A program made the translations under genes and the position numbers. A stretch of DNA of 64,000 nucleotides from an uncultured Verrucomicrobiae bacterium (GTDB lineage Bacteria > Verrucomicrobiota > Verrucomicrobiia > Chthoniobacterales > UBA10450), in the NCBI GenBank assembly GCA_963801815.1, contig CAWDGJ010000008.1, positions 32,001 to 96,000 on the forward strand, read 5' to 3'. Each line of letters opens with the position of its first letter. Positions within the stretch are counted from its first letter, which is position 1. The notes beneath the pieces are model-generated. The model made no database searches, was not told where the DNA came from, and worked only from the letters and a program-made list of their open reading frames with translations. This document shows, piece by piece, positions 1 through 10,600 of this stretch.

Positions 1-2
1 AG

Positions 3-749
3 CACGACGCCTATCTGGAAGCACTGCGACTGCGGCTCGCCACCAATCCACGAATTCGCGGGGTGTCCGTTTCCACCAATGAAGAAATCGAGGCCGCGAT
101 TGGAGTTTTATCGACCGAAGCGGACGCCGTCGTGCGCAGAACCGCGAGCACGGTTTTTTTGACCACGGCGCTGATGCAAAACGGGCGGCTTGATGCACTC
201 ATTCTCCTGTTCACCCAAATCCAAATGGTGACTCGCGTCGCGCGGGTGTATGTGCAACGGCCGTCACCGCGCGAAATGATTCGGCTTTACGTAAACGTCG
301 CCGGCACTGCGTTCATTTCCAGCGGATTGGAATCACTCGATCTCGGCGAAATGGTCGCGCCGCTGGCGACTTCCGTAGTGCCGGCTTTGAAAGGCGGAAT
401 TCCGGGACTGAGCGGAATCTCGGCACTTTTGGTCAAATGCGTTTCCAACGGCGCGGCCAACGCATTCCTGACCCTGCGCGTCGGCGAAGTTGCTAGACGT
501 TATTGCGAACTGACGTCGCGCAGCTCGCCGGAACTGATTCGAAAATCAGCGACCGCGGCGGCCGTTCAACATCTGGGCCGCATCGTTCGCGAAAACGGCG
601 CACTGGTCGTGCGCAAGATTTGGGAAAGCACCGGGCGCGCGTTGATCGATAGCGGCGTGTCCAAGGCGGAAGACATCGCGTCTGCCACCCGCGACCTGTT
701 CGGCCGGATTTCGCATTGGCGAAGCAAAGAAGTGACGAGTGGTCTGTGA
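3..749 (+). CDS. YcjF/DUF697-family membrane protein (5' truncated by window edge)
   Basis: Frame is open from position 3 (HDAYLEALRL...). It contains TALMQNGRLDAL..QMV..VA..Y..RP and GAANAFLTLRVG, typical of YcjF/DUF697 proteins. Confidence 0.65.
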   Translation, partial: HDAYLEALRLRLATNPRIRGVSVSTNEEIEAAIGVLSTEADAVVRRTASTVFLTTALMQNGRLDALILLFTQIQMVTRVARVYVQRPSPREMIRLYVNVAGTAFISSGLESLDLGEMVAPLATSVVPALKGGIPGLSGISALLVKCVSNGAANAFLTLRVGEVARRYCELTSRSSPELIRKSATAAAVQHLGRIVRENGALVVRKIWESTGRALIDSGVSKAEDIASATRDLFGRISHWRSKEVTSGL

Positions 750-752
750 GTT

Positions 753-1220
753 GTGACCGCTGACGATAATCCCGGGGTTATTGCGTTTCCGCCCTTAATC
801 TGGCTGATCGGCGCGGTCGCCAGCGCGCTTGTCCACTTCTTCGTCGTCCGCGGACCGATCATGAATTACAACGCATGTCTGGTTTGCGGTATCGTTCTCG
901 TCATCCTCGCGCCCGCGCTCGCGATATCGGCGTTAATCATAATGAAAAGGGGCGGAACAAACGTGGACCCATACAAGCCGGCGCTGACAATCGTGCGCGG
1001 CGGACCGTTTCGGTTCACTCGAAACCCAATGTATCTCGCGCTCTGTTTGCTTCAGCTCGCGCTCGGATTTTTTCTAAACGACTGGATCACGCTGCTGTTT
1101 GTCGTTCCTCTCGCTTTGATCCTTCATTACGGCGTTGTGCTCCGAGAAGAGAAATATCTCACGGCAAAGTTTGGCGAACCGTACCTGCTGTTGATACGCG
1201 AAGTGCGCCGGTGGATCTGA
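753..1220 (+). CDS. Isoprenylcysteine carboxyl methyltransferase (Ste14/PEMT)-family membrane protein
   Basis: GPFRFTRNPMYL and REEKYL..KFGEPY motifs; hydrophobic helices. Confidence 0.85.
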   Translation: MTADDNPGVIAFPPLIWLIGAVASALVHFFVVRGPIMNYNACLVCGIVLVILAPALAISALIIMKRGGTNVDPYKPALTIVRGGPFRFTRNPMYLALCLLQLALGFFLNDWITLLFVVPLALILHYGVVLREEKYLTAKFGEPYLLLIREVRRWI

Positions 1221-1244
1221 AGGAAGAAGTGACCAGTGACGAGT

Positions 1245-2363
1245 TTATCTCCGTGGAGCCATGCGATGGCGAAGTTGTAAGAACGGACGCTCAACTGTGA
1301 AAAACAAAACCGTTGCCGCGAGATAAACGCAGATCTCGACACCAATGAGAGCGGAGGCCGACGTAAGCGCGACGTTGTGACTCGTGCAGAACTCCCAGAC
1401 GAGGTGAATTACCAGTTTCTGAACCAGGTACGCGCTGTAGGCGATGCTGGCGATGAATGCCGCGCCCGGAATTTTGATGTGGCTTAGAAATGACCGTCGA
1501 CTGACCGCGCAAACGAGCAGCGCCGCGAACCCGAGAGCAAGAAGCGGAAACTGCCAGACCGCTGCGGCGATACTTAGGTAGTCACCTTCGCCAAGCCATA
1601 AGGCGTAAACAATCAGCGCAACCGCCGGCAACCACAGCCATACGGCGAAGTTCATCAGCCGGCTCCACCATTGCGGCCGAAACTTTTCGATCGCGGCCAA
1701 CGCGACGCCGAACACGAGCGGGTCGAGCCGGGTCCAAGTGGGGTAATAAATCCAAGTCTGGAAACCGCGGTAAGAAACTCCGACATCTTCGGCCGGATTT
1801 TCGTAAGCGAGAAATATTCGAAGCAGAAGACCGCCGACGAAAATCGAGCAGGGAACAATCACCGCTGCGCTCGGCCAGCGATTCACAAAGAGCAAAATAA
1901 ACGGAAGCGCGAGATAGAATTGATCTTCCACCGCAAGCGACCAGGCATGCGAGAACGCGGTGCCGCCATGAAGACCTATGTTCTGGACCGAGACTAAAAA
2001 TCTCCACCACGACGTCATCTCCGGGTATTCGCGCCAGGACGGCAGAAAAATGTAAATGGCGAGGATGACGAAATAGGCCGGCATGATCCGCAACCCCCGA
2101 CGCGCAAAGAAACGGCGAAGATTGATTTGCTGACCACGCGCGAGCGGCGCTAGCAATTGGCCACCGATCAAATAACCGCTCAGGACAAAGAAAAGGTCCA
2201 CCCCGATCCAGCCCCAGCGATGAACACGGCCCGGCACCGGAAAGCCCATAATGCCGGCGTGATAAATGACGACGACGATGATGGCGAGTGCGCGGAGAAG
2301 ATCGAGACCCGGCTGGCGTTCGCGATCTTGAAACCGAGGATCAATTCCTTCGGAAAGTGACAA
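1245..2363 (-). CDS. Acyltransferase-3 (OafA/YrhL-like) membrane O-acyltransferase
   Basis: GLDLLRALAI, GVDLFFVLSGYLI, RRGLRIMPAY and WSLAVEDQFY motifs. Start uncertain: TTG 2363 chosen because the ORF extension to 2414 runs through repeat DNA. Confidence 0.88.
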   Translation of the reverse strand: MSLSEGIDPRFQDRERQPGLDLLRALAIIVVVIYHAGIMGFPVPGRVHRWGWIGVDLFFVLSGYLIGGQLLAPLARGQQINLRRFFARRGLRIMPAYFVILAIYIFLPSWREYPEMTSWWRFLVSVQNIGLHGGTAFSHAWSLAVEDQFYLALPFILLFVNRWPSAAVIVPCSIFVGGLLLRIFLAYENPAEDVGVSYRGFQTWIYYPTWTRLDPLVFGVALAAIEKFRPQWWSRLMNFAVWLWLPAVALIVYALWLGEGDYLSIAAAVWQFPLLALGFAALLVCAVSRRSFLSHIKIPGAAFIASIAYSAYLVQKLVIHLVWEFCTSHNVALTSASALIGVEICVYLAATVLFFTVERPFLQLRHRMAPRR

Positions 2364-2367
2364 GTGA

Positions 2368-2384
2368 GTCCGAGCCGGACTGGC
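2368..2384 (+). repeat. 17-bp hairpin repeat GTCCGAGCCGGACTGGC, copy 1
   Basis: Identical to 26543-26559 and to the reverse complement of 19981-19997; variants at 2570-2586 and 46918-46934. Confidence 0.85.
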
Positions 2385-2833
2385 GTTTGTGACCAGTGAC
2401 GAGTGTCGACCCATTCAGATGTTCTTTAAGAAATGAGGAAGTAGAAATTACAAAAGAGGAACCTGTACAGACTGATTACGGGGCTGAGCAACGATAATCG
2501 ACGATCCATAAATCATAGTTCGTGAGCGACAGCGAAATCTTTCAGAAGAATTCACCGAACGGCCAGAGTGCCAGTCCGACTCGGGCTGCTTGAGGTCAAA
2601 CGCCGCTCTATACTCGCCACTTGTCACTTCTTCCGTATCTGTGGAATCCGCGTTATCCGCGCTGAGCTTGAAAATTTGGGACCCTCCGAAAATATGCGCA
2701 TCAAAAGAAGCCCATGAATAAGCAATTTTTGCAAAGGAACCCGCGCAACGTCTGCTTAGTTAGAATCGCAAAAGCTCGAAAGCCACATAATCACATGCGA
2801 CAAGCTTAATATCACGTTTCGGTAGCTTTTGAA

Positions 2834-2864
2834 CGGGGCCAGCGCCAGCTGGTCCCGCTTTTTT
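2834..2864 (+). terminator. Intrinsic terminator (hairpin + T tract)
   Basis: CGGGGCCAGC-GCCA-GCTGGTCCCG followed by CTTTTTT. Confidence 0.6.
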
Positions 2865-2869
2865 GTACT

Positions 2870-3925
2870 CTAGCCGCGGTATTTTTGGATGAGATGATCG
2901 ATATAGGCGCTGTAGGCCTCGGCCAGGGACGCAGACTCAACGAACAGAATGTTTTCGGCGTTGAATTCGGCGCTGCGGGAAAAGTTATAGGACCCGGTGA
3001 TGACGGTGTCGTCGATCACCAGAACTTTGTTGTGCATGAAATCGTGAACGCTGGTCGGCGTATAAGGCGTGGAATTCTTTCCGACCAAGTTCGCGCGGAT
3101 AACGATTTCGTGGAGCGCGGGAATCTTCCACCGATTCGACGGCACCTCCTGCCATTGTTTGTAAACGTCTTCCATCTGCGTGCGATCGTAGATTCCGTCG
3201 ACTTTAACGTCTTGCCGCTGCAACAGATTGATCAACTCGGAGATGAGGGTGCCGGAATTGATCAACAAGCTGCAAATCCGAACGCGTCGTTTGGCCGCTC
3301 GAACGCGACTCGCGATCTCGGAATCGATGGCCAACCCGCATCCCGGCGAAAACATGACGCGGGCTTCGGCCGATTGACTGGAAAAAGCGAGCGACACCGG
3401 CACAGTCTGGATCTCGCCTGTGTTATCGAAGTTTTCTTTTTCCCAGATTTGTTCGAAATCCTGCGCATAGTAATTGGCCAACAGCGCGGAATCGATCTCG
3501 ACGACGTTGTTTTCCATCAGGGTAAAAGCGTCATCGGTCAGGTTGGTCGACCCGGTCCAGACGGATTGGGCATCGCGGACGATGAATTTGCTGTGCATCA
3601 GTTTCATGCCGGCAATTCGTCGCCAGGGATAGCCTAACGACTGGATAAATGCTCCAGTGCCCGCCGGCGCGGGATCCTGACCCGCAGCGACATTTGGCTG
3701 GAGCGGTTTGTCGCCGTCGTAGCAAAAGCGAATTCGCACACCCGCCGCGGCACGCTCGCTCAAAGCCGCGCAGAGCGCAGTTTTTAGCGGAGCACTGAAG
3801 CGCATGTCGTAAACCGCGAAATCGAGAGTGCGGCCGGCACCGCGGATGAAATCCGTTAGGCGCTCCATCACCGAATCACTGGATTGTTCGCCTTGAGCGA
3901 GAAAAAAGACGGAAAGCGTGTCCAA
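2870..3925 (-). CDS. Phospholipase D-superfamily protein with two HKD motifs
   Basis: HSKFIVRD..WTGSTN and HNKVLVID..ITGSYNFS..NAEN. TTG 3925 is the likely start; the upstream extension runs through heptamer repeats. Confidence 0.85.
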   Translation of the reverse strand: MDTLSVFFLAQGEQSSDSVMERLTDFIRGAGRTLDFAVYDMRFSAPLKTALCAALSERAAAGVRIRFCYDGDKPLQPNVAAGQDPAPAGTGAFIQSLGYPWRRIAGMKLMHSKFIVRDAQSVWTGSTNLTDDAFTLMENNVVEIDSALLANYYAQDFEQIWEKENFDNTGEIQTVPVSLAFSSQSAEARVMFSPGCGLAIDSEIASRVRAAKRRVRICSLLINSGTLISELINLLQRQDVKVDGIYDRTQMEDVYKQWQEVPSNRWKIPALHEIVIRANLVGKNSTPYTPTSVHDFMHNKVLVIDDTVITGSYNFSRSAEFNAENILFVESASLAEAYSAYIDHLIQKYRG

Positions 3926-3974
3926 GAAAGTGACAAGTGACCCGTGACGAGTGACAAGTGCAAGCAACAAAACT

Positions 3975-4691
3975 ATGCGTGCAACGAAATTTGAGTTCGA
4001 ACATCGGTTCTGGATCATCATGGCGATTTATCTCGCCGGATTCGCGCTAACAGGAACCGATCACACCTCGTTTGTTGTCTGGCTCCGGCATTGGATCGCG
4101 CCCTCCGTCGCCCGCGGCAGCGCCGAAGCCGAGATGTTTGCGCGAATTATGATCACGACCGGCGCGCTGTTGGTATTTCTCACCGCGGCGATCCGAACCT
4201 GGGGCGCAGCTTATCTGCGGACGGATGTTGTCCACGATACTGCGCAACACTCGGAAGCACTGGTGGCGGACGGTCCGTTTCGTTATGTCCGCAATCCACT
4301 TTACTTTGCCAATCTGCCGATGGCAGCCGGAATCGGCGTCCTGGCAAGTCGCGCCGGCTTTATCTTCCTCGTTCTCGCGAACTGGATCTTTGTCTATCGC
4401 CTGATCTTTCGCGAAGAGGAAGCATTGCGTAAAACTCAGGGCGAGCCTTACCTCGCTTATTGCCGGTCGGTCCCGCGATTCTGGCCGTCACTGAAGCCAA
4501 AGGTTCCATCCGGAAATCTTGAGCCGCAATGGCGCCAGGCGTTCGCGGGCGAAACTTTCGTCTGGTTGTTCGGTGTCGCTGAAATGGCAATCGCGATCAC
4601 GCTCAGGCCCGAGATAGGATACATCCTCTTTGGCCTCGGATTCGTCGCCCACTTCATCATCAGTCGCGGAATTCAGAAAAGAAAATCGTAG
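3975..4691 (+). CDS. Isoprenylcysteine carboxyl methyltransferase-family membrane protein
   Basis: LVADGPFRYVRNPLY and REEEAL..GEPY..Y..VPRFWP motifs. Confidence 0.8.
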   Translation: MRATKFEFEHRFWIIMAIYLAGFALTGTDHTSFVVWLRHWIAPSVARGSAEAEMFARIMITTGALLVFLTAAIRTWGAAYLRTDVVHDTAQHSEALVADGPFRYVRNPLYFANLPMAAGIGVLASRAGFIFLVLANWIFVYRLIFREEEALRKTQGEPYLAYCRSVPRFWPSLKPKVPSGNLEPQWRQAFAGETFVWLFGVAEMAIAITLRPEIGYILFGLGFVAHFIISRGIQKRKS

Positions 4692-4742
4692 ATTAACAAA
4701 CCTACCTGCAACGGACGGTCGGAGAACCGCGACCATCGCAAA

Positions 4743-4774
4743 GCGACCGTGCGGTGAAAGGCCGCCACGGTCGC
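4743..4774. terminator. Hairpin between convergent genes (possible terminator)
   Basis: GCGACCGTG...CACGGTCGC inverted repeat between the two stop codons. Confidence 0.4.
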
Positions 4775-4792
4775 CTTATGCTTAATCAATAA

Positions 4793-7441
4793 TTAATACG
4801 GCGGAAGTTTCCCTTTCTTGCCCTTGCCTCCCCCAGAGGGCTGCGGCTGTTGATGGACCTGTTGCTGCGGTCTCTGGACCGTGCCGCCACCGCTCGGCGT
4901 TTGGACTGATCGCTGCTGCTTGTGGCCTGCACCGGAACTAACGCCAGCCGCACCTAAAGTTTGCGATTGCGTTTGTTGTTTATGCCGGCCTTTTCCGGCG
5001 CTCGAAGTGCCGGTCGCCGGAGCCGAGGTTGTGTATCCGAGTTGTTCGTGGGGAGTTCCCTTGTGATGACTTTTAGCACCAGCTTGATAGGCGCTGCCTT
5101 GCGCAACGCCACCGGTCTGCGCTCCACTTGTTAGGCTTTTTCCTTCCTTATGATGGCCTTTCCCACCGGTCGTTGCGCCCGTCTGCGCGCTAGCTCCAGC
5201 AAACTGATCCGCGCCCATTTGCGATTTTCCCTTATGTTTGCCGGTCGGCTGCAGAACCGCGCCAGTTTGCGCGCCGGCAGCGGTTGTTGATCCGGTAGTC
5301 GCACCAGTGCCGGCTGTTGCCGCTCCGGTCACGCCGGCCTGTTTACCCTTCTTGCCTGGGTGTTGGTTGAATCCGCTGGCAACGCCAGTTTGCGCCGCCC
5401 CAGTTCCGGTGCCCGCCGCTCCGAACTGACTTGGTCCGGTCTGTTTTCCTTTTTTACCCGGATGTTGATCGAATCCACCAGTCGCTCCGCTTTGCACTGT
5501 GCCAGTTGCAGCACTGGTCGCTCCGAACTGACTCGCTCCACCCTGTTTCCCTTTCTTGCCAGGATGTTGATCGAGTCCAGTTCCCGAAACGGCGCCTGCT
5601 TGCGTACCGGCAATCGATTGCGTCCCCGTGCCAGTGCCTTTTTTGCCGGGATGATGATCTCCACCGGTGACTTGTTGTGTTCCGAATCCAGTCGCACCAG
5701 TCTGCTCGCCGACATGATGTTTGCCTGTCTTTTGGGCAACGTCACTCGGCAACGTGGCTTTCGTGTTCATCGGCGACTTCCCGTTATTCTCCTGCGCGAT
5801 GTGACTTTTGATCTGATTTTGCTTGTCACCCTTCACGCCTTTCCAGCCGTGATCGACTTTGTTCGACGCGAGCGTAGCGTCACTCTTGGGAATGTGCTTC
5901 CCATCCCCTTTCACATTCGGTGAATGAATCGCGAGATGGTCGCCTTCGAGTTGCGAATTTTTGCCGCCTTTGATTTTTGCCGGATCGGCAAATCGATCGA
6001 CATTAACCTTTGAGAGTCCCTGGCCGCCTTTGTCTCGGATGTGCTTGTTCAGCGCGCCGAAATCAGGGCCGCCATTGTAAATATTAACATTATTGATGTT
6101 GGTGACGTTGCTGATGTTCGTCACATTGATGTTCGTAATGTTAACGGTGTTGTTGAAGGCGTTGATTGTCCGATTGAAATCGTAGATGACATTGGCGGCG
6201 AAGAATGAACTTACGCCGAAGTTAACGGCATCAACGAAGTTCCAGTAGTCCGGGCCAATATCATAGACTTCATCGACCCAGGTACTAACCCCGACACCGA
6301 CATCAACGTTTACTTCGGGCGGCAATGGCGCCCACGCGATGGTATCGGGGGCGGCATCGGTCCCTTCTCGCCACGATACCCAGCCGCCCGACCATGCAGT
6401 ACCGGGCACCCAGGCCCAACCGGATCCAAATTCCACCTTGACCCAGCGGCCGTAATGGTAAACAGCCCATGACCACGGTTCATCCGAGACGAACACCCAA
6501 CCATCGTCATCGCTGTAACGCCAGGAGCCGTTGGTGTAAGGACGCCATTTTTTTGCCACTTGGGTCGGCACCCAGCAGCGGCCATACTTCTCGATGTCGA
6601 TCCAGCGACCGTTACTATTCAGCGAATCATCGGTATAAAAATCATCGCTCTGCACTCCGACCTGATCCGCCTGTTGGGCGGTAACGAGACCGGTGCTGAC
6701 CGCTGGCGCTGGCGCGGGAGCTTGAGCAGTCGGCGCGGTGCCCGGCACGACTTGATTGGTTAGGGCATACAGAACGAAAGGAGCGCTGCCCGATGTCTGA
6801 GTAATCGTGATTCCCGGCGTGGTGTCCCCGTCCCACGTGAAACGATAATTAATATAGTAGACCTGATTCGAGTCGGTGAATCCGCCGGCCGAAGTGCGCG
6901 CATCATCCTCATTAAAGAATCCTGTCTCCACCGGAGCCTGCCCGTCTCCAACAAATGCGAGATTCACGAGCCGATTTTGTCCGGAAAAATTTCCGATATA
7001 AACACGCAGGTCATAAGTAACTCCGGCTTCGAGACTCTCCGGATCAAGGACGATTTCCTGTTGGGAACCGTCGCTGGCTCCGTTGTTAAACGTCATGTCA
7101 GAGAGAACCTCCTTGAAGGCGCCGTCTGCGCGAATGGTCCCGCTCATCCCGCCGGCGTTCGAAAGCGAACCAACGAGACCATTGACGGTGCAATTGTCGG
7201 CCGTACTGCTTTGTCCGGTCCCGGAAAGAGGATAAAGCGTAATCCCATTGATAACGCGATTGGAACCACCCTTATTTCCCCCATCGATCGCGGTTGTGTA
7301 CTGATTGTTGGTGCTGATACCGGAGTTCCGATCACTCTGAACTGCGGAAATCCCTTGATAAAAAACCGTTCCCGCCATCAGGTCGGGCGCAACTAGCGCG
7401 AGAAGAGAAAGAACGAGAAGGACTGGAGTTGTCGTTTTCAT
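4793..7441 (-). CDS. Secreted protein with DUF6600-like Trp-rich domain and long Gly/Thr/Gln/Lys/His-rich repeat tail
   Basis: N-terminal signal peptide; WVP..V...WRPYTNGSW..GW..VSDEPWSWAVYHYGRW..GWAWVPG..W....VSWR..WAPLPP pattern; repeated (D/N)QHPGKKGKQ. Confidence 0.7.
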   Translation of the reverse strand: MKTTTPVLLVLSLLALVAPDLMAGTVFYQGISAVQSDRNSGISTNNQYTTAIDGGNKGGSNRVINGITLYPLSGTGQSSTADNCTVNGLVGSLSNAGGMSGTIRADGAFKEVLSDMTFNNGASDGSQQEIVLDPESLEAGVTYDLRVYIGNFSGQNRLVNLAFVGDGQAPVETGFFNEDDARTSAGGFTDSNQVYYINYRFTWDGDTTPGITITQTSGSAPFVLYALTNQVVPGTAPTAQAPAPAPAVSTGLVTAQQADQVGVQSDDFYTDDSLNSNGRWIDIEKYGRCWVPTQVAKKWRPYTNGSWRYSDDDGWVFVSDEPWSWAVYHYGRWVKVEFGSGWAWVPGTAWSGGWVSWREGTDAAPDTIAWAPLPPEVNVDVGVGVSTWVDEVYDIGPDYWNFVDAVNFGVSSFFAANVIYDFNRTINAFNNTVNITNINVTNISNVTNINNVNIYNGGPDFGALNKHIRDKGGQGLSKVNVDRFADPAKIKGGKNSQLEGDHLAIHSPNVKGDGKHIPKSDATLASNKVDHGWKGVKGDKQNQIKSHIAQENNGKSPMNTKATLPSDVAQKTGKHHVGEQTGATGFGTQQVTGGDHHPGKKGTGTGTQSIAGTQAGAVSGTGLDQHPGKKGKQGGASQFGATSAATGTVQSGATGGFDQHPGKKGKQTGPSQFGAAGTGTGAAQTGVASGFNQHPGKKGKQAGVTGAATAGTGATTGSTTAAGAQTGAVLQPTGKHKGKSQMGADQFAGASAQTGATTGGKGHHKEGKSLTSGAQTGGVAQGSAYQAGAKSHHKGTPHEQLGYTTSAPATGTSSAGKGRHKQQTQSQTLGAAGVSSGAGHKQQRSVQTPSGGGTVQRPQQQVHQQPQPSGGGKGKKGKLPPY

Positions 7442-7629
7442 GTTTTGAGTATGTCATGCGCCGCCGGACGCCACTGGGCGCAAATTGCGTTTCGCAACGC
7501 ACAAATTGTCTGAAACCGAAAAAGCGATTAGTGCAGCCGGAATACGCACAATAACTGCACAGCAAAACGCAACCGCGGTGCATCGCTCGCGCACGGCGGC
7601 AGCTACATTCACTGCGAAAGGCAGAGATC

Positions 7630-10600
7630 ATGAACATAGCAACGACCGAACCAGAGATCGGTTTGACCAACGGGCACCGCACCGGTTTCGATTTCAAACA
7701 CGAACAGCGACCGGTGCGCAGTCACATCGCCAAGACCGGTCTGAAAACATTGGACGCAAACGAAGCAGTCGCGCGGATCGCTTACGCGCTGAACGAAGTC
7801 ATCGCCATTTATCCGATCACGCCGGCGTCGCCGATGGGTGAATGGGCGGACGCGTGGTCGGCCAAAGGTGTGAAGAATTTGTGGGGCACCGTGCCGGCAG
7901 TGATCGAGATGCAAAGTGAAGGCGGAGCGGCGGGCGCGATCCACGGCGCGCTTCAAACCGGCGCACTCAGCACCACGTTCACTTGTTCGCAGGGACTTCT
8001 TTTGATGATCCCTAATATGTACAAAATCGCCGGCGAACTGACCCCGACGGTGTTTCACATCGCCGCGCGCGCCATCGCGGCACAAGCGTTGTCGATTTTC
8101 GGTGATCACAGCGACGTGATGGCGACGCGCGCAACCGGTTGGGCGATGCTTTGCTCGGCGTCGGTCCAGGAAGCTCAGGACCTGGCATTGATCGCGCACG
8201 CGGCCACCCTCGAATCGCGAATTCCGTTTATCCATTTCTTCGACGGCTTCCGCACGTCGCACGAAATTTCCAAGATCGATATCGTCCACAGCGATGTCTT
8301 GCGCGAGATGATTGATGAAGCGCGCGTTCTCGATCACCGTGCTCGCGCGTTGTCACCGGATCATCCGGTCATTCGCGGGACCGCACAAAATCCGGACGTC
8401 GCGTTTCAAGCGCGTGAAACGGTGAATCCATTTTACGCGGCGTGCCCGGGAATTGTGCAACGCGCGATGGACCGGTTCGGGGCGCTGACCGGGCGACGTT
8501 ACGGAATCTTTGAATACCACGGCGCGACTGACGCCGAGCGCGTCATCATACTAATGGGCTCCGGATGCGAAGCCGCGCACGAGACAGTCGATTTTTTGAA
8601 CGCGCTCGACGAGAAGGTCGGCGTGCTGAAGGTGCGGCTCTACCGGCCGTTCGACTCGAGCGCGTTCGTGAAGATGTTGCCGCTAACAACGCGCGCGCTG
8701 GCGGTGCTGGATCGCACGAAGGAGCCGGGCTGTGGCGGCGAACCGCTTTATCTCGATTGCGTGAACGCCCTTCACGAACACGGATGGTCCGATCTGCGCA
8801 TTATCGGCGGGCGCTACGGTTTGTCGTCGAAAGAATTTACGCCGGCGATGATCAAGGCCGCGTTCGACAACCTCGCCCAATCTTCCCCTAAGAACCATTT
8901 TACGGTCGGCATCGATGATGATCTCTGCCACACAAGTCTCGATGTCGATCGTAAGTTTTCGACGGAATCCGATGACGTAATCCGGGCCCAATTTTTCGGG
9001 CTCGGAGCCGACGGAACAGTGGGCGCAAACAAAGAATCGATCAAAATCATCGGCGAAGGCACCGATTACTTCGCGCAAGGTTATTTTGTTTACGATTCGA
9101 AGAAATCCGGCGCAATGACGATTTCGCATCTGCGATTCGGACCACGCCCGATCCGTTCGACCTATCTGGTCACGAAAGCGAACTTCGTCGGTTGTCATCA
9201 GCCGTTTCTGCTCGAGAGCCAGGATGTGCTCAAAGACCTGGTGCCGGGCGGAACGTTTCTACTGAACTCGCCATTCGGTCCGGACAAAATCTGGCAACAT
9301 CTGCCAGAAAAAGTGCAGCGAAGAATTATTGCGCGCCGTCCGCGATTTTTTGTGATCGATGCAAACAAGGTTGCGCACGACGCCGGGCTTGGCCGGCGGA
9401 TCAACACAATCATGCAAACCTGTTTCTTTGCGCTATCCGATGTGCTGCCACCCGAACGGGCGATCACGGCGATCAAAGATTCGATCGAAAGGACTTACGC
9501 CAAGAAAGGCGCCGACGTAGTCGAGAAGAACATCCGCGCGGTCGATCAGGCGCTCGCGCATTTGTATGAAGTCGAAGTGCCGGAGCATTTCAACGGCAAC
9601 CCGATCAAACGAAACGGCCAATGTTCCGATGAGCCGCCGTTTGTGCATGACGTGCTGGAAAAAATCATGACCGGGCGCGGCGATCGGCTTCCAGTGAGCG
9701 CACTTCCGAACGACGGCACATATCCAACCGGCACGACACGCTTCGAGAAACGCAATCTCGCCAGCGACGTTCCGGTTTGGGACCCCGAAATCTGCATCCA
9801 ATGCGGCAAATGCGTGCTGGTCTGTCCGCACTCAGTGATTCGAAGCAAAGTTTACCAGTCGCCGGTGCTCGAAAAAGCGCCGGCCACGTTCAAATCACGT
9901 GAAACGCGACTGCCGGAATGGAAAGGTTTGAATTACACGCTGCAAGTGGCGGTGGAAGATTGCACCGGTTGCGGCATTTGTGTGGACGTTTGCCCCGCCC
10001 GAAACAAAACCGACGCAAAATCCAAGGCTATTAACATGCGGCCACAGCTTCCCTTACGGGAAAGCGAACGCGCGAATTGGAATTTCTTTCTCTCGATCCC
10101 GGACATGGACCGTCGCGAGATACGCGTCGGCAGTGTTCGCCAAATGCAGGTCCAGCAGCCGCTCTTCGAATTTTCGGGAGCGTGCGCGGGTTGCGGCGAG
10201 ACGCCTTACATTAAATTGCTGACCCAACTTTTCGGCGATCGTTTGCTCATCGCCAACGCAACCGGTTGCTCGTCGATTTTCGGCGGCAATCTGCCCACGA
10301 CGCCGTACGCGAAAGATCTGTTCGGCCGCGGGCCGGCCTGGGCGAATTCGCTGTTTGAAGACAACGCGGAGTTCGGGCTCGGGTTCCGGGTTTCGATCGA
10401 CAAACAACAAGAGTTCGCCGGTGAGCTGCTTCATCAACTTAGTCCGCAAGTTGGTCAGGAACTAACGACTGAAATTCTCAATGCACGCCAACGCGACGAG
10501 GCCGACATCTTCGATCAACGCGAGCGTGTGACAGAACTGAAACGGAGACTGCAACGATTGGAAGGCCCGCAAGCGGAACGCCTGCGATCACTAGCCGACA

